Assembly: GCA_028826165.1 (NCBI GenBank)
Contig: JAPDFW010000064.1
Coordinates: forward strand, 372,001 to 436,000
From: Anaeramoeba ignava BMAN
Lineage: Eukaryota > Protista > Anaeramoebae
Direction of reading: 5' to 3'
DNA: 64,000 nt
Below, piece by piece: positions 1 through 12,235 of this stretch (the stretch's first letter is position 1; each line of letters starts with the position of its first letter). The notes beneath the pieces are model-generated. The model ran no database searches. It saw nothing but the letters and a program-made list of their open reading frames with translations, and was not told the DNA's origin. A program made the position numbers and the translations under genes.

Positions 1-196
1 ATTTTGATTATGATTTTAATTTTTGATTTTTGATTTTTTATTTTTCATTTTAATTTTAATTTTTATTTTAATTTTAATTTTAATTTTAATTTTAATTTTG
101 ATTTTATTTTAATTTTAATTTTGATTTTAATTTTAATTTTAATTTTAATTTTGATTTTTCATTTTTTTCTTTTCAATAAAAAATTTAAAATTAAAA

Positions 197-2014
197 ATGA
201 AAATTTTCTTTTTAATATTTTTAATTTTGTTTGCTTTCGCTATTGAACAAGATTATGTTATTGGTCCGCATGGAATTTCTGTTCATAAATCTTGTGTTCA
301 TCATGTTACTTCTGGTTCACATGTAAGAACATTAGATGATGGGTCAATTATTGTTGAATATAAAGGAGATATAAAACCAATACCAAAATGTGAATATCCT
401 TATAAATTTATACGAAACAATAAAAGAGAAAAGGGAGTTGGTGCAGATTTTTATGGTTGGCAAGTTTGGGCGTAAGTTTTACTTAATGAATAAATTTTTT
501 GCTTTTTTTTTTTAAAAATAAAAAAATTAAATAAAAAAATTAAATAAAAAAATTAAATAAAAAATTAAATAAAAATTAATTAAAATTTTAATTCATTTAG
601 AACATATGAAGAACCAAATCAAAAAAGTTTTGATGTATTCACAGATATTATGACTATTCCTTCTAATCCTCCTGGTTTTGAAGATGGAATTATTTACCTT
701 TTCCCTGGTTTGCAAAATTATGATTGGATTCCTACAGATAATGGTCCAGATCCTCCAGATGATTTTGATATTATTCAAGTAATTTGTTTATTAATTCAAT
801 TTTCTAAAATAATTTTAATTTTAACTTTATTTTTATTTTTATTTTTATTTTTATTTTATAGCCAGGTATATCTAGATTTATAAAAAGAAATTTCAGAACT
901 TTCATTAAAATTTAAATTGAATTGATTTATAAGATTAAAATTAAAATTAAAATTAAAATTAAAATTAAAATTAAAATTAAAATTTAAACTAAAATTAATT
1001 TATAAAATTAAAATTAAAATTAAAAATTAAAATTAATATTAAAATTAAAATTAAAATTAAAATTAAAATTAAAATCAAAATTAAAATTAAAATTAAAATT
1101 AAAATTAAAATTAAAATTCATTTATAAAATTAAAATTAAAATTAAATTCATTTATAAAATCAAAATTATAATTTAAAATTAAAATTAAAATTAAAAATTA
1201 AAATTTAAATTAAAATTAAAATTAAAATTTAAATTAAAATTAAAATTAAAATTTAAATTAAAATTAAAATTTAAATTAAAATTCATTTATAAAATTAAAA
1301 TTAAAATCCATTTATAAAATTAAAATTAAAATTAAAATTAAAATTAAAATTCAAATTAAAATCAAAATTAAAATAATTAAAATTAAAATTAAAATTAAAA
1401 TTAATTTATAAAATTAAAATTAAAATTAAAATTAAAATCAAAATTAAAATTAAAATTAAAATTAAAATTAAAATTAAAATTAAAATTAAAATTAAAATTA
1501 AAATTTAAATTAAAATTCATTTATAAAATTAAAATTAAAATTCATTTATAAAATTAAAATTAAAGTTCTTCAATATGGAGAAACACCAGCAGGAGGAGGA
1601 AATTATTGGGCAGTAGCATCATGGTATGTAACAGTATATTCAGGATATTTAGTAGCAGATTTACTTCCTGTATCACCAGGGAACAAAATTATTTGCAACA
1701 TGACACATTTAGGACAAGGTTCCGAAAAATGGTTTATAGGAGCAACCGTTGAATCAACAGGAAGAACATCAAATTTAGAAGTTTCAAAACCAAGACTTGT
1801 TTCTCAATCATGGGCTTATATTGCTTTGGAAACATATTATTTGGATGGTTGTGATTCTTATCCTCAAACTCCTATTACTTTCACTTCTAATAAATTGTTT
1901 GCTGAAAATAAAAATTTAACTCCTAATTGGGTCGCTCATGCTCAACATAATCCAACTAATTGTGGTGAAAAAGCTAATATTCAATCTCCTGATTCAGTTT
2001 CAATTTCTTTCTAA
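197..2014 (+). CDS. Secreted protein with IIQPVLQYG...GGGNYWAVASWY motif; possibly glutamic-peptidase (G1)-like fold
   Basis: Hand-spliced exons 197-471, 601-778, 862-865 (4-nt microexon CCAG) and 1566-2014 give one open frame with an N-terminal signal peptide. All introns are GT-AG. The family call comes from motif recall only. Confidence 0.7.
930..1562. repeat. (TAAAAT)n microsatellite filling intron 3 of the first gene
   Basis: Directly visible degenerate hexamer array. Confidence 0.9.
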
Positions 2015-2019
2015 TTTTA

Positions 2020-2858
2020 TTCAAATTCAAATTCAAAATCCAAATTCAAATTCAAATTCAAATTCAAATTCAAAATTCAAATTCAAATTAAAATTCAAAT
2101 TCAAATTCAAATTCAAATTCAAATTCAAATTCAAATTCAAATTCAAATTCAAATTCAAATTCAAATTCAAATTCAAAATAAATCAAATTCAAATTCAAAA
2201 TTCAAATTCAAATTCAAAATTAAAATTCAAATTCAAAATTCAAATTCAAAATTCAAATTCAAATTAAAATTCAAATTCAAATTCAAATTCAAATTCAAAT
2301 TCAAATTCAAATTCAAAATTCAAAATTCAAAATTCAAATTCAAAATTCAAATTAAAATTCAAAATTCAAATTCAAATTAAAATTCAAATTCAAATTAAAA
2401 TTCAAATTCAAATTCAAAATTCAAAATTCAAATTCAAATTCAAATTCAAAATTTAAATTCAAAATTCAAAATTCAAAATTCAAATTCAAAATTCAAAATT
2501 CAAAATTCAAAATCAAAATCAAAATCAAATTCAAAATTCAAATTCAAATTCAAAATTCAAATTCAAATTCAAAATTCAAATTCAAATTAAAATTCAAATT
2601 CAAATTAAAATTCAAATTCAAATTCAAAATTCAAAATTCAAATTCAAATTCAAATTCAAATTCAAAATTTAAATTCAAAATTCAAAATTCAAAATTCAAA
2701 TTCAAAATCAAAATTTAAATCAAAATCAAAATTTAAATCAAATTCAAATTCAAAATTCAAAATCAAAATTCAAATTCAAATTCAAAATCAAACTCAAAAT
2801 CAAATTCAAATTCAAATTCAAATTAAAATTCAAAATCAAACTCAAATTCAAATTCAAA
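2020..2858. repeat. (ATTCAA)n intergenic microsatellite
   Basis: Directly visible hexamer array between convergent genes. Confidence 0.9.
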
Positions 2859-3039
2859 AAGCAAAAAAGAAGAACAAGAAAAAATTCCACTTTTTCTTTC
2901 AATTTTTTTTTCAATTCTTTTTTTCATTCATTTTCTTTTTTTCTTTTCATTGATTGATTTGAGTTAATTTCAAATCAAAAAAAAAAAAAAATTCCCAAAA
3001 AGAAAAAAAAAAAATTTTCAATTCAAAAAATTTTTTTTT

Positions 3040-6000
3040 TTAAATTATTTTCGATTCAGGTGAAAGAAAATTAGATTTCAAAATAGAAAATGTTTTTGAA
3101 AATAATGCTCTTCGAGATTTGTGGTCAAAAGAAACAATAAAAAAGGCATTTTTAGAAGAAATTTTACTAATTTTTTTGTCAGTTGGATGCAATAATAATT
3201 TTGGATTATCATCATAATTAAAAACAAATTGAGAATCTGATTCAGTAACAGGAACTAAATTAAACGATAAAGAGTCATGAAAGAGTTCAATTTCAACATT
3301 TCCATTTTCGAAATTGGATTGAGAAGTTTGAAGCACTGTGACAAAATATTTTTTAGATTGAGAAATTGTTGGAGCTCTTGTAAGTGTTTTTTTTTCAAGT
3401 AATTCTGATTGAAAATTCCGTTTTTTTTTAAATAGCGAAAAAAAATTCGAAATTTCATCTTTTGTTGAAAATTGCAAAAAGAAAAGTTTTGTCCCGATTT
3501 TCAGTTTTAAAACGGTTTCTTTTTGTGGATGCAATTGAACCGTAAATTTGGAATAATCCTCATTGATATCTTCAGTATTTGCTTTGAAATGCAATTTACC
3601 TTCATTCATCTCAATTTCGCATTCGCAAATCACTTTTTCATTCGATAAATCAAGCATTGAAACTTGGTATTTTGGTGATTGAATGGAATCTTGTTCTTTT
3701 TCTTGTTCTTTCTGTTTTTCTTGATTCTGCGGTTCATTTCGTGTCTTTTTTTCACTCGAATTTTCATTCGGAATTGAATTTCTCTTGTTAAAAAATTCCT
3801 TTTTTTGCATAATATTTAACATAAATTCCATTTTTCGATCCATTTTGGGAAACATAACGGAAATGGAGGAATTATCAGGAAACAGAATTTGTGCAATATT
3901 AGTGTCAGAAACTGATGAGACGTTGAACTTGCCTTCTCCAAAAGAAGCTTGTTTGATTACTTTTTTGGATTGTATTTGAAATTGCTGGCCAACAATTAAC
4001 TTGGCCTTTCCTGACTTTTTATTGCGTTCGTTAACAAGAAACGCATCGTAAACAGCAGAAAATAAAGGATCAAAACCTTCCGTTTTTGGTTCTTTAATGC
4101 GAACAAAATCGAGTTCATCCGTTTTGTTTTTGAATTTAATAATCGTTGTTTTCTTTTGATTTGTTTCGATTTTTATGAAGGAATTTTTCTTCTTTGTGAC
4201 TGGCGTTATTGAAATTTTTTCAATTTCCGCTTCTAAATTACAATTTTCTTTTGAACATTTCAAGAAGAATTTGTTATTTTCCACAACAATATCTCCGCGA
4301 TCTATACGTTTGAACTTGTTACTAAATATCTCAACTTGGAATTCTTTGCGTAGTGCTTGTTGTTGGATTTGCTGTTGAATTTTCTGCTGGATTTTTGGTT
4401 TTTGTGTCTTTGTTTTTTCTATTTCTTTTTCTTTTTCTTTTTCTTCTTCTATTTTTATTTCTTTTTCTTTTTCTTCTATTTTTGGATTTTCCTTTTCTTC
4501 TTCAAAATTAAGTTTTCCACTTTCTTCCTTTACAATTTCTTGCTCATCAACTTCTTGGAAAACAACCTCGTTAAATTTCTCTTTAACTAAATCTTCATTT
4601 TCTGATAAATGATTATCTTCCGAAAGTTTATCAGTTTCTTCAAAATCAGAAATTGATTGTTGTGACTCGTTTTGTTCCGGTTCTTGAACCAAATTCTCTA
4701 ATGGATTCTGCGTCAATTCTTGCATTTTATAACTTGAGAGAACATTCTCGAATTCTTTTGCAAGATCTGCTGTTGCGAATTCAAGTTTTGCGAATAAATT
4801 TTGCGAAGATTTCCCAGATTTGATAAGTAATTTGATCTGTTTTTCGTTTTCTTTGAGAAACTCAAGATAGCTCAATTCAATTTTTTGGATGTAAGAAGAT
4901 TTGGAGAAGAATATCTGATTTGCAGAAATTAGAATTTTCATATCCATTCGTTCTTTTTCATTTTGGGAAGTTACTTTGCATTTAAAACTGTGAATTTTTC
5001 CACGATAAAGTGCGCATATAAAACGATTCTTGAATTTGTGAAATTGTTTCATGGCTCGATTGAGATCATCAGGAGATTTGAATTTAATGCTAATTTTGTT
5101 TCTGAATCCAATTTTGAGTCGCGCTTTTCTTGGCGACTTGGATTTCATACTTTTTCCAAATGAATAAACAAAACGAAGTGATTCAATTTGATTTGAAATC
5201 ATAAAGTAATCATGTTTCATAATAAGTATAGCATCATACAGTGTTTGCGAGTCTGGTGAGCAAATGGAACATTCAAAAACATCTGGTTTCTTGATTTTAC
5301 ATATTCTTTCTTGGGAAAGCAATGCTTGATACTTGAGCACATTGAAATTATAAAAGAAATCTATTTGTTGAGTTTTGTTTTGAAATTGTATTAAAATTTG
5401 TGTTGAACAATCAATTACAAATCCAATTATTAATTTTATTTTTGGTTTTTGATTTTGATTTTGATTTTGATTTTGATTTTCATTTTCATTTATTTCAATT
5501 TGATTATTTTCAATAACTAAACGAGTGCATGAATTGTATTTTTTGGAAAGGGATTTATCATTAATCACAATATTGAATTTCTTCTCATAAAGTTGAATAT
5601 CAGCATTTGCTTCAACTTCATATAATGAATTAAGTAAATTAACTTTATATTGCTTCAAAAGTGTCTGATCTTCAGTCACAATTCTTGATTCCAATCGGAA
5701 AATTTGGGATATTAATTGGTCGATAAATTCTTTGCCACTTTCTTTTCTTTTTGTTTGTGGAAGCGATGCCAAAATCGGAATTTGAGATTGAGATGAATTT
5801 GTTCGTGAAAATTTGAAAAAAGCATTTGCAAAGAAATCTCGTTCAAAATGGTCTTTAAAAACTCCAACAAAACGGAATTCACCAAGATCATCAAAAAGAA
5901 ACTTATTCTGTTCAAATGGATGAAGAAACAATCGTGGGTTTTTCTTATAATTTACTTGGCAGATTGTTTTGGAATCTGATTCAATTTGAATGTCACTTTT

Positions 6001-8341
6001 GTTGAATTGAATTTTTGCTTCAGGATTTTCTTTCCATTTTGGAATATCGCCATTAATTGTTAAAATTGTGCAATAAAACACTACAGGATCGTTTTTCTCA
6101 TCAAGAATTGCAAGCGATTTTTTGATCCATTCGCTTTTAGTTTTGCGTTTTTTGTTTGAAATTAATTTTGGGTTTAATTCAATAAATTGAACCTCTTTTG
6201 TTGATTTTTCAATAAAAGCCTTTCCATCATCACCAAATTCAGCAATAAAATCTCCTTGACACAAATCAAAATTAAAATTTTTCTTAAATTCCGATCCACG
6301 GAAAAACTCAAAGCATTCATGATCTTCTTTATGCTGTAAAGTAAGAAATGTTTTTTCCATATTTTTCACATCCAAATTCAATTTTGAAAAATTACTTTCA
6401 AGATTCTCGAATTGTTGATTTGAAATATCTATTTGATTTTGTGTTTCCTTATTGTGTTGAGTCAAACTTTCTATTTTTGTGTCTAAAAGACTATTTTCAT
6501 TTTCCAAATCATGAATTTGCACTTCTTTTTTGTCCTTTTCAGATTGAAGAGAATTGATTTTCTCTTTTAAATTATCGAATTCAAACTGAGTTTTTTGCTT
6601 TTTTTCATCGACTAGTTTCTTTTCGGCTTCGATATCTGCAAGTTTACTTTTTGTTTCTTTGATTTCTTTCTCATAAAATTCGATTTGCTTGTTTGCATTT
6701 TCGATATTCAATCTCAATTTGTTTTCTTCTTCTTTTAAATTCTCTTTTTTTGAAGACAATTCAATTTTTTTCTCTTTTGTGCTATTCTTTTCTTGTCGAA
6801 TTTGCTCCAATTCAATGTTAGAATCCTCAACTTTTTGTTGGATTTTTGAAGATTGCTCTTTTAAATTCTTGTGGATTTGTTCCATTTGGTTGTTTTCCGT
6901 TTTTAAATTTTCTGCTTCCAATTTCAGATTTGATTTTTCTATTTTGAGTTTTTCGATATCTTTTTGCAAATTTGATGTTTCGTTTTGGAGTTTTTCAGTT
7001 CCTCTTTTGCGATATTATTCATTCCTAAATTTTGTTCATTTTCATTTTCATTTTCATATTCATTTTCAATTTCAAAAATTTTGTGATTTTTTTTTTGCCG
7101 AACCAATTTCATAATTTTCTTCTTGTTATTATTAGTATTGATATCATTATTTGGGTTATTTTCGTTTGTGTTCTTTTGTAACTCCTTTAGATTTATTTTT
7201 CGAAAAAGTCTTCTTTTTGATTTATTTGAATCAAGTAATATTTGATTCTTTGAATTTTTTGGAATTCTTTCTCTAATTTCTTTTCCCATTCGAAAGAAGA
7301 TGATTTTCTTGAATTTTTGTGATATATTTTCATCAATTTCTGAGTCTGAGTCTTGTGAATTTTTTGATACTTGAAAATCAATAATTTCTTTTATTTTTGA
7401 AACGATATTGAAAAATGATTCATCTTTCATTTCTTGTAAATTTTCTATTGTAGAATTTGAGATTTGATTATCTTGAAGAATTTTTATGAGATAACTTTCC
7501 AGGTTTAATTTAGAAAAACTGGAAGTAATTTAATAAGATATTTAATAAGATATTTAATAAGTTATTTAACAAGATATTTAATAAGATATTTAATAAGATA
7601 TTTAATAAGATATTTAATAAGATATTTAATAAGATATTTAATAAGATATTTAATAAGATATTTAATAAGATATTTAATAAGATATTTAATAAATAATTTA
7701 ATAAGATATTTAATAAGATATTTAACAAGATATTTAACAAGATATTTAATAAGATGTTTAATAAGATATTTAACAAGATATTTAATAAGATATTTAATAA
7801 GATATTTAACAAGATATTTAATAAATAATTTAATAAGATATTTAACAAGTAATTTAATAAGATATTTAATAAGATATTTAATAAGATATTTAACAAGATA
7901 TTTAATAAGATATTTAATAAGATATTTAATAAGATATTTAATAAGATTTAATAAAAGAGATAGATTAATAAAGAGATAAGTTAATAAAAGATATAAGTTA
8001 ATAAAGATATAATTTAATAAAGAGATAAGTTAATAAAGAGATAGTTTAATAAAGATATAAGTTAATAAAGAGATAGTTTAATAAAGAAATAAATTAATAA
8101 AGAGATAAGTTAATAAAGATATAATTTAATAAAGAGATGAGTTGTGTTTAATAAAGAGATGAGTTGTTTGTTTTTTTTTTTTGTTAAAAAAAGATTTGTA
8201 CTTTTCATAATTATTTTGATAAAAAGATTTTGCTATTTTTTCCAAATGTAATAAAAGTGTAGATCGTGAAATTTCTTTTGGTTTTTCAATTGAATTTAAT
8301 TGAAAAATCCATTGAATTAATGTATTTTGAAGAGTTGACAT
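3040..8341 (-). CDS. Large protein of unknown function: N-terminal coiled coil followed by repeated beta-rich (PH-like) modules
   Basis: The 1309-aa ORF 3040-6969 joins upstream ORF 6939-7430 via a 1-nt frameshift near 6999 (AKEE/TEKLQNETSNLQKDIEK). Probable first exon ~8200-8341 (MSTLQNTLIQW), separated by a satellite-filled intron. Confidence 0.6.
7525..8130. repeat. 12-bp (TAATAAGATATT)n array grading into a (TAATAAAGAGATAAGT)-type array, intronic
   Basis: Directly visible tandem units. Confidence 0.85.
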
Positions 8342-8514
8342 AATAATTAAAACAAAGAAAAAATGAAAAAAAAAAATAAAAATAAAATTCGTTATTAATT
8401 TTTTTTTTTCTTCTTTCTTTTTTTTAATTTTCTCAATTTATTTTTTGCTTTTTTTTTTTAATTAAATTTATTAATAATTTTTAAATCATTATTATTCATT
8501 TTATTCTTTAAATG

Positions 8515-9780
8515 AATAATTCCATTTTTATTAATTTAATTTAAATTTATTTTATTTAATAATTCCAAATTAATTCCACTTTTTTTATTTTCTTTTATTA
8601 ATTAATTTAATTCAATTTTATTTTATTAATTTTATTTAAATCAATTTTATTTAATAATTCCAAATTAATTCCACTTTTTTTATTTATTTAATTAATCAAT
8701 TTTATTTTATTTAATAATTCCAAATTAATTCCACTTATTTTATTTAATTAAATCAATTCCAATCTATTTTATTTAATAATTCCAAATCAATTCCATTTTA
8801 TTTTATTTATTTTATTTAATTTAAATCTATTTTATTTAATTAATTTAATTCTAAATCAATTCCACTTTTTTTATTTTTATTAATTTAATTTAAATTTATT
8901 TTATTTAACAATTCCAAATTAATTCCACTTTTTTATTTTATTTATTTAAATTAAATTTATTTTATTTTATTTAATAATTCCAAATCAATTCCACTTTTTT
9001 TATTTAATTAATCAATTTAAATTTAATTTATTTATTAATTCCAAATTAATTCCACTTTTTTTATTTATTTAAATCAATTTAAATCTATTTAATTTAATAA
9101 TTCTAAATCAATTCCACTTTTTTATTTAATTAATTTAAATCAATTTTATTTTATTTAATAATTCCAAATTAATTCCACTTTTTTTATTTTATTTATTTAA
9201 ATTAAATCTATTTTATTTTATTTAATAATTCCAAATTAATTCCACTTATTTTATTTAATTAAATCAATTCCAATCTATTTTATTTAATAATTCCAAATCA
9301 ATTCCATTTTATTTTATTTAATTAAATCAATTTAAATCTATTTAATTTAATAATTCTAAATCAATTCCACTTTTTTATTTAATTAATTTAAATCAATTTT
9401 ATTTTATTTAATAATTCCAAATTAATTCCACTTTTTTTATTAATTAATCAATTTTATTTTATTTAATAATTCTAAATCAATTCCACTTTTTTTTTTTAAT
9501 TAATTTAAATCTATTTTATTTAATAATTCCAAATTAATTTAAATCAATTCTAAATTAATTCCATTTTATTTAATAATTCTAAATTAATTTTATTTATTTA
9601 ATAATTCCAAATTAATTCCACTTTTTAATTTTATTTATTTAATTAATTTAAATCTATTTTATTTAATAATTCCAAATTAATTCCACTTATTTTATTTATT
9701 TAATTAATTTAAATTTATTTTATTTAATAATTCCAAATCAATTCCACTTTTTTTATTTTATTTTAATTAAATCTATTTTA
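8515..9780. repeat. Degenerate ~50-60 bp minisatellite with core TAATAATTCCAAATTAATTCCACTTTTTT, between divergent genes
   Basis: The core motif recurs roughly every 50-60 nt across ~1.25 kb. Confidence 0.8.
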
Positions 9781-9862
9781 TTAATGAATTTAAATCTATT
9801 TTATTTAATTAATTTAAATCAAAATTTAGTTTTCATTTTTTTTTTCTTTCTTTCAAATTTTA

Positions 9863-12033
9863 ATGCTTTTGAAAAATTTCTCTCTTTTTCTTTTCTTCTA
9901 TTTAATTTTCACAAACTTCCTTTCTTTTATTTACACAACAGAATACCAAGATCCCAAAATAAGTTACGAAATTCATTCCTCAAATGATTTAAGACAATGG
10001 AATTCAATTTTCAATAAAATTCAAAATAGAAAAAATGAAGAACATTGGATAAAAATCGACTTATTTTACATCCCCAAAAACAATTACAATAACTTCCCCC
10101 AATGTAATCAAACAGAAGAAAACGGATGCCTTTTACTTACACACAACTTTCCAATTAAAGGGGTCGATTATAACACAACAGAACATTTACTAAATTATAT
10201 CTCAGACAAAAACAACCAAGAAAAATTTCGAAATTCACAAGAAAAAATTGTGATTGTTCTTTGTTTTAAATTTGTTGATGCTTGCAATGACTCAAACCCG
10301 TTTTTGATTCTTGGCAAAAAATGGTTGATTCATTTTATGAAAAAGCAAACGATTTAATCAACTCACAAAATTTGAATTTGGAGTTTATTTTGGATGGAGC
10401 TTCAACTCCAGGAGGTGCTTTGTTTGATTTTTCTGGAGAAAGAACCAGGAAATGTTTAGCTGAAAAATGGTCTTTATGGAACTCAACATTCATTTCAATT
10501 CAAGATCCAATTGAAATTGCTTTTAGTGATGAAAATTATTTTTCAAGATTCCAAATTCTAAATGAATTTATCACTCCTTTTCATTCAACTTTTTTTATCG
10601 ACTATTTCAAGAAATTTGATTGGGGAAAATTTCAGCAAACAAACTATCCTTTTCTTTTTTGGGAGCCAAGCGATCAAGAAATAATTCAATCAGTGGAAAA
10701 ATCTTATCTTTCGGGAAAAAAACACAATCCAGGAATCAGGATCTCAATCAATATAGATCCCATCCAATTTGAGGTTTTTTCCGCAAATTACACAGGAATT
10801 GCTTGGAATAGATTCGTTTCTCCAGATTCTATTGATCCGCATATTATTCCAATCAATTATAATTTCACAAAAAATGATGTTCCTCAAGAAATATCTTTTA
10901 TGGTTCTTTCCAAAAATGCAAATCAAACTTTGCAATTCAACTCATTTTCTTCTCCAAATTTTTTCAATAATGAAATCAATTTGATTTCAACTGGAGAAAT
11001 CCAAAATTACACTCAAAAAATGGATCATGTTTCATGGATTTCCCTCAAAAGACCATCATCCTCATTCTTCTCATTAAATCAACAAGAAACAGTTTTCAGC
11101 AAATATTTCTCTAAAGATTCCTCACAAATTCTTGTTTTAATCAGTTCTTTTGACGGAAAAAATCAGCCGTTTCATTTCAACACTGATGATTTTTCTTTCT
11201 TTCAAATCAATCAGTCAAACTTGAATTTTATCGGATCAACAAAGATCTCTGTGGTTCATGCTTTAGATAGCCATATTCTTCAGTTTTACATCCCAGAAGA
11301 CGATGAATCAACTCTTTTATTCCAATTATCAGATTTATATTTTCATTGGGATTCAAAAATGCATCTGATTATAAACAACACAAAACATACACCAAAAGTT
11401 GCACTAATTGATTTGCCTTTAAATATACAACATATTTCCGTTTCTGCAATCTATGACCTCTCAAATCATTCATTGATTCATTTTTTTCTTACATTTTCAA
11501 CTATTGATTCTCATTTATTTGCAGTTGTTGGAACAATTTCAACAAAAACTGCTTCAATTACCAATTCCTCAAGTCTCATCCCAAGATTTATTGGTTTTGC
11601 AAAATCTTCGCAAATATCACTTCTTTATCTCAACCAATCCTTGTATTGTTTGATGCTCAATTCTCAAGGAGTTTGTTATCAAAACGAAAAAAAAATGAAA
11701 AATGGAAAAATCAAGATTTGTGATCAAAAAGGAGAATTAGGAACAAATGCACTTAATTATGCTATTGCTCCTTTCCAGAATTGGCAAATTTTTCTAAAGC
11801 AAAGTGATCAAATATTGAATGTTTGTAGTGAGCAAATTCTTGTTGGAACTTATGATATTGGAAAGAATTCTCACGGTTTTTTTACATCTTCAAAAAAAGA
11901 TGATTTGATTGTTTTAGAAGTTCATGAAGGAATTTCAAAAGATGAAATTTGTCAAAATTGTGAAGGATGTGGAGAACCATATTTTTTAAAAGGAATAATT
12001 TTAGATTCTTGGAAATTTTCTTTTAAATTTTAA
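9863..12033 (+). CDS. Secreted protein; N-terminus weakly PLC-like phosphodiesterase (HSSN...IKID...LTH)
   Basis: Signal peptide. ORFs 9863-10357 and 10321-12033 join if one T is restored in the run at 10301-10305. The fold call is weak. Confidence 0.5.
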
Positions 12034-12235
12034 AATAAAAAAATTGATTAATTAGAATGTTTTTTTTTTGTTAGATTTGGGAATTTTTTTTCTTTTTGGA
12101 GAAGAAACTAAAAGAAAAAATGAAAGTAAAGAAAAAAAAAATGAAAGAAAAAGGAAAAAAAAAGAGTTCCAAAAAATAGGCAAAGAAAGTTTTGGAAAGT
12201 TCATGATTTTTTTTTTTTTTTGAATTGAGAAAGAA

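Noticed and set aside
8515-9780. Repeat/spacer-like array as a CRISPR
   Set aside because: Eukaryotic context, no cas genes, and the 'spacers' are degenerate copies of each other.
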